DNA from: Folioceros fuciformis
Lineage: Eukaryota
Length of the DNA: 47,690 bases
Assembly: GCA_049999805.1 (NCBI GenBank)
Contig: JBNGIO010006005.1
Span: 1-47,690 of the forward strand
Direction: 5' to 3'
Positions within the stretch are counted from its first letter, which is position 1. Each line of letters starts with the position of its first letter. Positions 36,195 through 47,484 of the stretch are shown here, piece by piece. The notes beneath the pieces were generated by a model that saw only the letters and a list, made by a program, of their open reading frames with translations, was not told where the DNA came from and searched no databases. The translations under genes and the position numbers were made by a program.

Positions 36195-38764
36195 CTAATG
36201 CTTGTGCTGCAAGGTCATGTCACATCTGCCAGAACACCACCACCACCATGACCACAGCTTTACTCAAACCATTAAAATTGTGGCTACCTGAACAAAATAT
36301 GTAGCAAAAGCCCCAGACGCTCCGTACCTGCAGGGGCACACATCTTTGAAGCCCTTGACCACAACAGTTGTTGCAGCAAAAGAGATTTCCTTCCAAGCAT
36401 CTTCACCAGATACTAACTCACTCAAACACAGGTATAGGACATGATCTACGAGACATGCAGCCCAGTACTTCTTTCAGTCACGGGAAAAGACGCTATATAT
36501 AGCACACCGACACAACAAAATCTTGCCACTATCCTCTGTTGAGCACCTTCTTTCCTGGAGGTGACCGCTGCTAAAAATATCACGCCTCTCCCATTCACCA
36601 GCCGCATTAGGGCAGCATTTAGGTCAGCCTGCAAGGAACCACGGCCCACTACATCACAACGGCGTACGATTCCCACCCACACATCTTCGATGAACACTGG
36701 ACAAAATTTGGCTTCTGAGGCAAGAAACTGAATTTACTACCTCATGAACACCACGTAGTGGTGCACCCGCTAGTCCAAAAGCAAATGCCCCTCTCTCCTC
36801 TCTTTCTTCCTCACTGCCAACCCCATAAATCTGCGTGTCATGCACGAATCACACAAACATCAGACACGGGCCAAAACCACCAGGGCCAAAACCACCAAGT
36901 CCCAAACCATTCTGATCAAAACCGACGTACTTTGAATCGCTTATCTGAACCCATGAACTCGATGAACAGTGAGCGGCAGGCACTGGTCGCAATGGTACTG
37001 TCGATCTTTCGGTGTTGATCCTCACGCAAGCTCAAGTGGTTCAAGGACTTCGTTATCTGCTCAAGCTCATAATTATCCCGACCAATGAGCACCAGACTAG
37101 TATGCGGTTGGCTCCCCCATTTTCCCCCATACACGGCCTCGACTCTCCTCTTGCCACTCCAATGAAACAAAAAGCGAGTACCCCTGTGACGGCACGACCA
37201 TTGTCATGACCCAGCTTCGCAGTGACTGTTGCACCACGGCAGGCAGTGTGAAGGAAGAGAATAACACCTGAAATCCGAAAACCAGACAAGCCCCTTTGCT
37301 CTCAAAAGGCCCCTCATTCTATGCATTTGGCCAACGACGATGTCCTGGAACTGCCCTAATGGTATTGGTATGTCGCTAGAGAACGTGGAGGAGAAAAACA
37401 TGGATGCCGCATGAGCAGGAGCACCATCTGCACACAGCAGCAAGAAACTTCACCAAAGCAACCCACCAACCAACCATCTGCGGACAAGGAGCAGACCATA
37501 GATGTGCCATTCAAACGATTCACAGTTGAACAGGCACACTGTATTCTGAACGAACATACTCACAATTGCCACTTTTTTTCAAGATGTGATGAGGCTTCTG
37601 GAGTAAGGAACGCTGTACCTCCTCGGCAACATGGCCCCGCTTTTCACCAGCTGTAAGAATTGCCGCTGAGAACGAAGGAGCCACGGCTATGGCTTCATGT
37701 GAGAGAAAGCCAGCACTGCCGTTGGACATTGTGGAAGCCAAAGGTGCTAGTGTGTCTTGCTGCTGAACGTTAATGACCAGGCTGAGAGGAACTTTACAAA
37801 ACCGACATCGGACAGCTTTAGTCCCTCCAGTTTCCTCTTCAATCCTGTCTTCTGCCACAGAGATTGCACTCAAGGATGCCAAATCACACCTGCGAGGAAA
37901 CAAACCATCATCAGGGTTGAACAGAAGCATTCCAGAAAGAACACATGCAGAAAGCCACCAAGCCCCGACTTGGTTCACAGAATGGAAAAGGTATATCACC
38001 TACTTGTTAACTAGTACCACATCAGCCACGGCTAGTTGCCTCTTTGCAACAGGCAGGTCGAGTATGCTCTCCAAAGCCTCCGCATCCACGACAGTGACTA
38101 TGATCTCCAAACGAACCCCTGCCGATTCCAGGTCTTCCGCGATCTTCTGCGGATCTGCAATACCAGATGTCTTCCACGACAAGTAGCATAACAACCTTCA
38201 GGCTTGCTACACACATATCAAAATCCTTGAAACCCCACAAGGGAGAAATAGGCACCTCTATCACAAGATAATCGAAGTTGTGTTTGCTGTTCAGAACGGA
38301 TCGAAGAACTTCTCGCATGCTTCCAGATATTGTGCAGCAAGCGCATCCTGCACGAAGGCTCCGACCATTAGCATGGCCGATAACCTTGAACCTGCCACGA
38401 GGACTGGATTCACATGAACGGCACGACAAAGGGACAAAGCAATCCAAAAGCGGGGGTGCCACTTACCACTTGCAAGTGACAGTGCCGGGAGTCCCAGAGC
38501 AGGATTTATGGAAGACTCGTCCAGCAGCAAAGAATCTATGTCCAAATCGGCAAACTCGTTCACCAGCACGGCAATTCGTAAATCACCCCGCTCGTGGAGG
38601 ATGTGATGCACCAGCGTGGTTTTACCACTTCCCAGAAATCCCGTGACCAGCGTACATCCTAAGCGGCCTCCTTCGCCTTCCCGCTTGTCGAATACCAAGT
38701 TCTCGTAAGCCAGAGACATCTGGTTACTCTCCACCAGCTGCCCCTGGACATGCCCATCGGCCAT
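36195..38764 (-). CDS. COG0523/CobW-family (G3E) metallochaperone GTPase with a C-terminal extension, ~538 aa. Exons 38764-38467, 38347-38256, 38170-38004, 37889-37564, 37427-37268, 37183-36931, 36830-36741, 36628-36547, 36445-36328, 36225-36195.
   Basis: Walker A TGFLGSGKTT, VLVNEFAD, metal motif SGCACC, Walker B YLVIETSG, NKCD, and CobW_C motifs LLRAKGLVW and LVLIG. All nine introns are GT-AG and phase-compatible (1617 nt). Confidence 0.9.
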
Positions 38765-39031
38765 CTCAGAAATTTCAGGTTAACCTCTTCTTCCCCGCAG
38801 CACTTGCTCCGCTAATGTGTTATAACCCGAGCACGACATAGGCTGATACAGATGCGCTTGCGTTTTACCATTAGTAGCTGCTTGGTTTACGTGCTGGAGG
38901 ATGGTGGGTAGGTCGTGGCATAATCTCGACTTATGGAGAGCAGGCTTGGTGCCCATTCGTTGCATCCGTGCCACCCAGAAGCTGATCCGCATTGGAGATA
39001 CGCACTGTAGCATTTGGACGTCACCGTGGCC
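38765..39031. promoter_or_regulatory. Candidate bidirectional promoter between the COG0523 gene and MPH1
   Basis: Only 267 bp separate two divergent ATGs (38764 on minus, 39032 on plus). Confidence 0.55.
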
Positions 39032-41136
39032 ATGGCGGCCATCGCCCCTGTTGCCCAAGGAATGGGCTCCAGCATACGCAGCTGCTGCTGGGTCCCTGTG
39101 AGACCCATTCCAGGCACCAGTGCAGCGGTGTCTCCTCGCTGCGCCAGGTCCCAAAGGAGGCACACCAGAAGGCGGGGTGACAGGGTCAGGGCAGTGAATG
39201 CCCCCGAAGACTGCAACGAGGAGGACTGTGCTCCAAGTAAAGAAGTGAGTAGTGCATGGAAGCCTGTGCTGTGGCTGTGGATGCGGTCTATTGAAACTTT
39301 GTCGTAGAGGGGAGTTCAACGCCTTGAATAGTCTTACACTTACACACATTCCGTTGTGGGTCCACGACGTCATGGGTAGAATGCAATGTGTATTGCTGTA
39401 GCCCAGTTTTGAGTGGAGTGGCCTTTGATGGTGTGCTTGGCAGATCGGGAAGATCAGTCTGGATTGGGTTGCGGAAGAGAAGACAAAGGTTACAGGGACC
39501 TATCCTCCTTTGGCCAGGACAACAAAGGCGTACACCGGCTATGTGGAGAAAGACACTGCCGGTCAAACCAACGTGTACGCTGTCGAGGTGAGTTCATGAT
39601 TTCAAGCTCACATCAGTTGAAGGAACGTACGTGTGGGAAGCTCGGCTGCCGACTGGCTAACCTGCTTTACCAGCAAATGCGCGAACCTTGGGTCTCAAAT
39701 ATCTCCCCCTTGTGGTGCAGCCTACTGTCTATGTAGCCGAGAGTGCAGTGAGCTCGGGAACTGCAGGAAAGTCGGCAGACGGCAGCGAAAATACACTGGC
39801 TGTCTCCTTCGGTCTAGGCTTGATTGCAGTCGCAGGTGCAGCTGGTATTTTGATCAATCTGGGGAAGAGTGCTCCGATTCCAGGGTCTACATATTCTGGA
39901 CCACCCCTGAGCTACTACATTGAGAAGTTCAGCCCTCCAGTTGCACTTGAAGCTGCTGCCCCTGTTCTAGAAGAAGCTCCTGAACTTGCTGTACAAGATG
40001 ATGGTTACGCTGTTGGAAGCCCTGCTGATGGTCCTACTGCTGCCCCTGAAGAGGCTGTTGCCCCTGACGCAACTACTGCTGCTGAAGCCACTGCTGATGA
40101 GGCTGAAGCCACTGATGAGCCTGCCGCTCCTGAGACACTGGCCGTTGACGAGTCATCCCAGGATGCACCCGCTGCCGGCAATGACGTTGTTACAGAGGAA
40201 GCAGAAACAACGGCAGCGGAGACCACTGACGTGCAGTCCAGTGCTGATGTGGAGACTCTGACAGAGGAGCCCGCCAGCGAGGTCTCCCAAGAGGAGGCCG
40301 TCCCAGTTGCCGCCACAGCCCCTGAGGAAGCAGAGGCCGGGGTAGAGGCTGAAGCGGAGGGAGAGGCACCGGCACCGGCACCGGCATCTACAGATGCAGT
40401 CTCTGAGAAGGCAGAAACAGAGACTGAGTTATCAGCAGACACTGTGTCTGGGGAGGCCTCGACCGATGCAGCCTCCGAGACGGCAGAAGCAGAGACCGTG
40501 TTGTCGGCCGACGCAGTCTCTGAGGAGGCAGGGGCAGAGGCAGAGTTATCTTCTAACACAGTCTTTGAAGAGGCTTCGGCAGAGGCAGAGTTATCTTCTA
40601 ACACAGTCTTTGAAGAGGCTTCGGCAGAGGCAGAGTTATCTTCCAACACAGTCTTTGAAGAGGCTTCGGCAGAGGCTGTCTCTGAGACGGCAGAAGCAGA
40701 GTTACCTGCAGACACAGGCTCTGAAGAAGTTTCGGCAGAGGCTGTCTCTGAGACGGCAGAAGCAGAGTTACCTGCAGACACAGGCTCTGAAGAAGCTTCG
40801 GCAGAGGCTGTCTCTGAGACGGCAGAAGCAGAGAGACCTGCAGACACAGGCTCTGAAGAAGCGTCAGTAGAGGCAGTCTCTCTGGAGGCAGAAGCGGAGG
40901 CTGAGTCCTTTGCAGACACAGGTTCTGGAGCAGCCTCTGCAGACGCAGTCTCTGAGAAGGCAGAATTAGAGGCAGACTCATCGGCTGACACAGTCTCTGG
41001 TGAGGCCTTGGCAGGGGCAGCGTCTGAGATGGCAGAAGCAGAGACAGAGCCATCGGCAGACAGTGTCTCTGGGGAAGCCTCGGCAGACGCAGTCTTTGAA
41101 GAGGCAGAAGCAGAGGCTGGCACAGTCTCTGGCTGA
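39032..41136 (+). CDS. MPH1: MPH1 (Maintenance of PSII under High light 1)-like thylakoid protein with a long acidic repeat tail, ~590 aa. Exons 39032-39244, 39444-39587, 39721-41136.
   Basis: Arg/Ser-rich transit peptide, then DCNEEDCAPSKE|IGKISLDWVAEEKTKVTGTYPP...TGYVEKDTAGQTNVYAVE|PTVYVAESAVSSGTAGKSADGSENT, one TM helix and YSGPPLSYYIEKF, matching MPH1 as I recall it. Both introns are phase-0 GT-AG. Confidence 0.9.
40533..40870 (+). repeat. Coding minisatellites in the MPH1 tail: 45 bp x3 (AEAELSSNTVFEEAS) then 66 bp x3 (AEAVSETAEAELPADTGSEEAS)
   Basis: Near-identical tandem copies in both DNA and protein, flanked by more diverged ~24-aa units. Confidence 0.92.
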
Positions 41137-41543
41137 GGCCTCTGCAGGCGCAATCGCGGAGACTGTAGACGCAGGGGCAGAGTTATCCGTAGGAATGCCT
41201 TTGAGGAGGCATGGGTATAGGCACCTGTAGAAGTGCCTCAGCAGATGGGTCTCAGGAGTCGCCACCATTCATGTGTTTGTAACATGCCTGGCCTCACGCA
41301 GGTCATTGTACACTCGTCAATTTTTCTGGCACTGGAGATATCACCAGCAAGCGGGGTTCTTCGTGCTCCTCTCCTCCCCAGAAACTTGGGTGCCAATGCT
41401 GGCTCGTTTCCACGTATCAACTCTCTGGAAAGAGAGAGACTCTCCCTCCTGCGCTCGAAATTAGTCTTAGTTGCCCACCAAGAAACTTGGGTATCGTAAT
41501 CACTCAAGATAAATAGTAGTCACCCACAGCCCCATACTCCTTA

Positions 41544-41619
41544 GGGCAGGCGATGTCGTAGAGCTTCTTGGATAACGCACCGGGCAGGCGATGTCGTAGA
41601 GCTTCTTGGATAACGCACC
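41544..41619. repeat. Perfect 38-bp tandem duplication
   Basis: GGGCAGGCGATGTCGTAGAGCTTCTTGGATAACGCACC occurs twice in a row. Confidence 0.95.
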
Positions 41620-44092
41620 ATCGATGACATGCCATCACAGCTAGGGTAGGCATGTGCCTTTGCTATCAACCTATTATACATCTTACCACTATATATTATA
41701 TCATTATTATTATTATTGAAAAAAAATAGAAAGTTCTATATATTACAATCAACCTATTATACATCTTATCACTATATATTATTATTATTATTAAAATAGA
41801 TAAAAAATCCTATCTACTCCAAAGATTGGAGGAAAAACGCATTGGTCAACCCTATATATTATTATGTAACTATTAAGACCTTAAGGATTTAATTGCACTT
41901 AAATTACATCAAGTTATATATTTATAATTATATATTTAAAAAATTATAGTATATATTTGGAATACCAATAGAGACATACAATACCTAATTAGGTTTTTGT
42001 TTTTTCAACCATATGTTGTGCACGAATATTCTAGCGTATTTGTCGCATTCATATGGGTTTTAGGGTTCCATGTCACATTAGTCCTTCAACTTATTTTTTT
42101 AACTTTTGTGGACCGATTAGGAACAACCTCTTCAACCAGGCCGTCATGGCGCTCACATGGCACAGCATGCAAAGGCAAAAGGAGAAGCTATTGAAGGCAA
42201 GGCTAGAGGAAGTTGAAGGCAGAAACAAGGCAGCAAAGGACCGCAAGCAGGTAAGCGAGGAGTTGCTGGGTAAAGTATAGGAGGAGTTGAAGGTGGTGGC
42301 GAAACAATAGGAAGCCTTGGTGAATCAAGTAAAGACAGCTCATGCCACAATCGAGGAGCTTCAAAATGAAATCTCCTGAGTCCAAGAGCCAGTAGCAGCA
42401 TTGGAGAAAGTCAACGGTTGCTGAAATTGGCCACGGTTGCTGAAACAAGAACTGACATAGTTCGTCCGGCCACCGTAGTAGAAGGAGGGACGGGGGTAGT
42501 AGAACCAACCACCAACAAAGTTATGGCAGAGGAGTATGTAATACCCCTGGAATGCAGGAGGCAGTCATCCAAGGACTATCAACGAGAGGAGTGGGTAAGG
42601 ACCTCTTTAGTAGGGTGCCACATTGTGTTGCAACGTAGGGATGAGGATACCCATGTCCTTGGCTTCCAATTGTATGGTGAGCGGGTGCTCACTCTAAATG
42701 TGTATGTGGTGGTTGGAACAGGAGGGGCAGTAACTATTGGTTGCACATTTTAACAGCCACGGGTTATTACCAATGGTTCTTCCGAATGGGTGCTGGGGCA
42801 TATCCCTCACATGTGAGACTTGAGGAGATGATGGAGGAGGAGGTGCGAGCTAGGGTGGAAGACCACACAGTGTGGTTGTCCAATAAGGAAGAGCCAAGAG
42901 GGGGTTCTAGAAGAGGAGAGGGAGTCGTGGATAGTGAGAGTGAAGTGGAGGTGTTATGGGAAGATCTCCCAGATGAGTAAAGGGGCAGAAGGGCCAGGGG
43001 AATTCCAAAGGACCAAAGGCCTAGGCGGCTGCAGAGGAGACGGGCACTCTAGACTAGGAGTCACACTAGGTCAGATTTTTAAAGGATAGCAAGCTAATGA
43101 ATTTTGAACCAAAGATTGTTGATCTTAGAGGCGTGCCAAGAATATATAATTATTTCTTAAGACTTTGAAAGGCTATGGCAGTAATGGTATCCAAGGCCGG
43201 ATGTATAAGAGACATGGTTACGTCTCTCCCTTTAAACAATTTCAGGTGTGAGCTTCCGTGTGCTGAATTCGTGCGCTCTGGGTTGGAGACATCCAATCGA
43301 TGGAGGCCTGATTCAGCATGTTGTCATCTCATCACAAGAGGACCAGGAAGATCCCTGGGTGGGCGAGAGATGTGTGACCAAGCTCCGCATCTGGGGTGGC
43401 AAGTGGAAGGGGTGCTCTGCACCTGTGAGGAAGAAAACTTTCTGCAGAAAGTCAGGGTGGGAACGCGAGTTTCGTGAAACCCCTGGAAAGCCGAGAGGGA
43501 GCGCAAGTTTCGCGAAACTCTTATACAGCCGTCTAGTTGTGGATTTTCCCTTCCTTACTCCACTATCTAACCAAGTTATGTTTAATCTCTGCGAGGGGTC
43601 TATGTGGCCCAAGGAGGAGTATTGATTGAGGATTTGGTGTGTGAGAAATGTGAGTGTTTGAAATTGTGAAGCACTAAAGAAGATTAGAGGTAGATTTTGT
43701 GGAGCATCAGTGATGCAGTGAAGCGCTGCGGTATGGTTGGCCCTAATCTCTAGCTACCAACAAGATCTGGATGTAAAATAACTTGAGAATGGCTTGGTGT
43801 GCATGAGAATCAGTCTGCACATGCCATAGCTCCTTAATAGGCATGGCCAGAAACCTCACATCCTCCATGCGTCGTGACACGCGTGTGCGCCAATGACTGG
43901 GTCCCGCCACAATGGCGGAATCCACTAACGCAGTGGCTGAATCCGCTACCGCGATGATGGAACTGCCTCCGGTGGCAGAGTTAGGAACAACGGTGGTGAG
44001 CTTAGGCACGATGGGGGAGTACGTCTGGGTAGGAACTAACTGTAGAGAGTCTAGAAGTCAAAATTAGAACAACTTGACAAAACCCATTCCTT

Positions 44093-44820
44093 TGGTATCG
44101 AATCCTAGGACTATAACGACATAGAGGGTGAATGTGGGCCTCATTGTGTTCTTAAGCACAGAATTTCACTCCATATTTGTGTCGTTGCCGGGGAATGAAC
44201 AACTGTCAGGGGTGTAGGAAGGTCTAAGCATAGCTTGTGTGTCTAGGCTTGAGTGTGTTTAGTTTGGTAAATGGATGCTACGAGTTGAGCCGGAGGAGTT
44301 GGAGTCAAGTCATGAAGAGCAGCCCCTAGTGAAGCAACAACGCCAAGCAGTGGAGAGGTTGCAAAGGGCTGCAGACCGAGAGCTAAGAAAGGCCCAATCG
44401 AAATACGCACTTGCTGGAAGGGGAAGGGGAGTAAGGAATCAACCAGAGGTTGGGGGTCCAATCTTGTTGGGTTAAAATCCTCAATCTCTAGTCTTGGACG
44501 ACATACCATGGCCAAGGAACCTTGAGCCAACCTTGTCTTCTGATCTTTCTCTTAGGAGTGTGCAGGCAGCTGTAGCCCACCCAACTCTTGTAGGCAACGT
44601 TGTTGGATCAACCACGGTAGTTATGTCCACCACAGTGCTAGTGGCAGTCACCACCAAGCAACCCTACCCATTGTATGGAGAGAAGAAGGGGTATGAGGAT
44701 TCTAACTAGTTTGTTGAGTGTTTTGAGCAACTAACGATTGAAAACCAAGAGGCGGGAGATGCCAAATTGTCTTCAGTCACTCTATTGATCAAAGCAAAAA
44801 AAATCTACCAAGTCCCTGTC
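44093..44820 (+). pseudogene. Degenerate LTR-retrotransposon remnant (PBS-like site and Ty3/gypsy-like gag fragment)
   Basis: TGGTATCGAATCC at 44093 resembles an iMet PBS. The downstream broken frame reads KQPYPLYGEKKGYEDSN*FVECFEQLTIENQEAGDAK, which is gag-like. Confidence 0.45.
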
Positions 44821-44851
44821 GTCCGATGATTTCAAGGGGAGTTTTGATACC

Positions 44852-45330
44852 CACGACCTTCCATACATTACCGCTCATGATGCAGTTCGGGATGTCATGT
44901 TCTCAATGGGAGTGGAGTGTGGGTTTCTTCCGTGTAGGGAGTGTCCATATACTTTGCACAACAGGGTTTCACTTAGAGACGATCGTTTTTACACTAGGGT
45001 TTAGGGTTTGTGTTGTTGATGTGGTTGTTACGGATCCCATTAGGAAATTGATTTGCGAGCATGTCATCATCAACCCCCGTAGATAGGTGGCAAAGGGTTG
45101 TACAAGCACCAAAGTCCATAAGTATTCTCCTCTACCAGACCGGCATATTTTCATTCTCCTTGTTCTTAAGACTCATGGAGCAATGGGCAAGAACTTTTCA
45201 AGGTTCATCAAGGAGTACACAAAGGTTTATTAGAGTAATAAGAATGGTATTCTCCCTCTTTCCTTGGTGGTGGCCTTCTTTCGTCATCGCGTATCCATTG
45301 CTTTGCAAAGAGTATAGGCTAACGTGGTTT
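44852..45330 (+). pseudogene. Degenerate C-terminal fragment of an RLE-endonuclease non-LTR retrotransposon (CRE-like)
   Basis: Broken frames give AHDAVRDV, VDVVVTDP, KVHKY, FILLVLKTHGAMG and FRHRVSIALQR, in the order expected for restriction-like endonuclease domains. Confidence 0.6.
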
Positions 45331-47191
45331 TTAAAACAACAACACGTGCAGGTCAAACGGCTTTTTTTGATAGCGGTGGTAGGTAGGCCTTTTTTTTATT
45401 CCACATCATGATATTATGGGAGTAGTAAGTAGTTTTTGAGAATAATGTTCAAAGGGGCTAGTACTCCTTTTGGCCTTGCTCAGGCTGTTCTTCCAATTTT
45501 TTGAGTATCTAGGACTTTCCATCTCCTTTTCACTAATATAAAATAACTATGTTTAAATGAAAGAGAGAAGAGAGACTTTACGATGAAAAAAAAAAGAAGG
45601 TGACGAACCCATCTACCCTAAGGTAGAAGAAGAACCATTCTAGCACTTCATAATTATCATCAGCTTGGCTTATGCTTAGCGGCCATTTTCAGTCCTTGCC
45701 TTACGGGACCTATGAATTTTCCTTCTTTGCCACGAAGCATACTTCTGCAAAGCCCCTTTTTCTTAAAGACTTTGCCTCCAAACCTTGGAAGAAAAGGGGT
45801 GTTTTTCAAAAAAATGGCTTTGAGTTTCCAATTGAACTAGAGAAAGTAGCACATGGGAATCTGAGTTTTTGAGAAAATGGCTTTCAGATTTTTTTTATAG
45901 AAAAAAATGACTTTTCACCCCATGTGCTAAAATATATATATATTTAATGTGTATTATAATTTATATTAAAAATAAAAATTTTAATACATTTCATAGATCA
46001 AATCACACGAGCTTTTATTTCTAAGTATGATAATAAGGAACAACTTTCAACGAGATTCAAAAGAGAAATTTTGGTAAGTTTTTGCAGGTGACAAAAATTT
46101 ATAGCCTTAAAGCTCATGTATTTGTATTTGGACAAACTATTGTCACGAAGCTTGCAATCCATTTTCATGTTCCAGTTCTCGTTAAAATCTTCCTTCTTCA
46201 TGTTTTAGGAGTAGTTAGTTTTTTTTGGCTTTTTTTGGAGAAAAAAAATTCTTTACTTTTTAAGGTAAAATATCTTCAGGCCTCCAAGATTAGACTAAAA
46301 AGTCTATCTGGTACTTTATTGAAGTATAAATTATTTGAGGAATAAAAACTTACTTTAAACTCGTAAGTAAAAGTTACTTGCCTAGGTCTGCCACGGAAAG
46401 GCTTGTGGTTTCTTTGTCGTGGAAGGGCGGGGGTGCTAGTGGTACATAATTCCGATTGGTGGTAGTGACTGTTAGCCTGTAGCCTATAGGAGGGGCGCAT
46501 GGCAGTTATGCCGTTGGACTCAGAACACACGGCCCAAACAGACGCATACATGTATGTACTGTACGAGGTGCAGCAGCACGTAGAAATAATTTTCGAGGGT
46601 ACGTGATCGGGCGCACGTCGGGGAGGAATGGACCGCGGGCTGTGGGCCGCGGACCGCGGACGTGGCTGCGTGGCTCATGCGCGGCACGCTGAGAAGTCGG
46701 CAAGTTGCGATCCTGATCGTGGCTCATGACAGGTCCGCCTTGGGCGAAACTGGTGCAGGCGAATGTTGGCTGTCGGCGGCTGCCACTCCGGACCGCAAAG
46801 CCGACAAACGTAAAGAACGGGGAGGAGATGGTGGATGCGGCGGCGAAGAAGGCATGGGCCCTGGAGGCCCTGGGCAATGGAGCCTGGCCACGAGCCATGA
46901 GCCATGGCCTTCAAAACGTGGGATTCTGGCCACATTGGACTGCCTCGACGGCTGGCGCACCAGGTGCTGGTCTGCTTTCTCCACCCCATCCCGTGGGCGC
47001 CTCAGGCAAGAGTAGGCGCCGTGGAATCCGTGCCCGCTCTCTCTCCCTTTCTCGTCGGCGCGCCTGTCGCCATCTGGGAAAGCACCTACAGTATATGAGC
47101 GCACCCTCGCGGCGCTCCCTCCATCACCGGCCTGCGCCGAGTCTGCAGCCCAGCCAGCAAGCCTGCTTGGCTCTTCACCCTCGTTCTTGTC

Positions 47192-47192
<1 letters not shown>

Positions 47193-47222
<30 letters not shown>
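47193..47222. repeat. Poly(T) tract of about 30 nt in the GME leader region
   Basis: Read directly. Confidence 0.9.
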
Positions 47223-47223
<1 letters not shown>

Positions 47224-47484
47224 GCGGAGGAGGGCGAGCTGTCTCTTGGGAACGGAACCAGCCAGACCTACTCGTTTTGAGGTGCGGCCCTTTTCCGGCC
47301 TGCTGTTCGTCTCTCGTCGCTTGCGCTCGCTTGGAATTCGGAGAGGAGGTGAAGCGCCTCGGGGATCGGGTTTCTTCGGACGGGTTTTGGTGTCTAGGGG
47401 AGGGCGGCAGTGAGGGAGGCCTCTGACGCCGCCGCCCCCTGTCTTGCAACTGCAGGTGGGGAACAGGGCTCGGGTGCTGCAACC

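Larger units (their letters stand above)
41666..46439 (+). mobile_element. AT-richer block of transposon debris, possibly a non-autonomous Helitron with nested or captured retroelement fragments
   Basis: 5' A|TCAACCTATTATA (repeated at 41749), an imperfect hairpin at 46391-46422 followed by CTAG|T at 46436-46440, and compositional shifts near both ends. Confidence 0.4.

Noticed and set aside
40005-41153. 382-aa Ser/Ala-rich antisense ORF
   Set aside because: Shadow of the repetitive MPH1 tail on the opposite strand.
41544-41619. 38-bp direct repeat as a CRISPR-like array
   Set aside because: Two adjacent copies with no spacer, in a eukaryotic context; a simple tandem duplication.
43202-43214. 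TGTATAAGAGACA, resembling the Tn5 mosaic end/Nextera adapter
   Set aside because: Only 13 of 19 nt match contiguously and the flanks differ, so chance is likely.
44996-45009. TTTAGGG-like units as interstitial telomere (also ~26422 and ~42056)
   Set aside because: Two units at most, too short to call.
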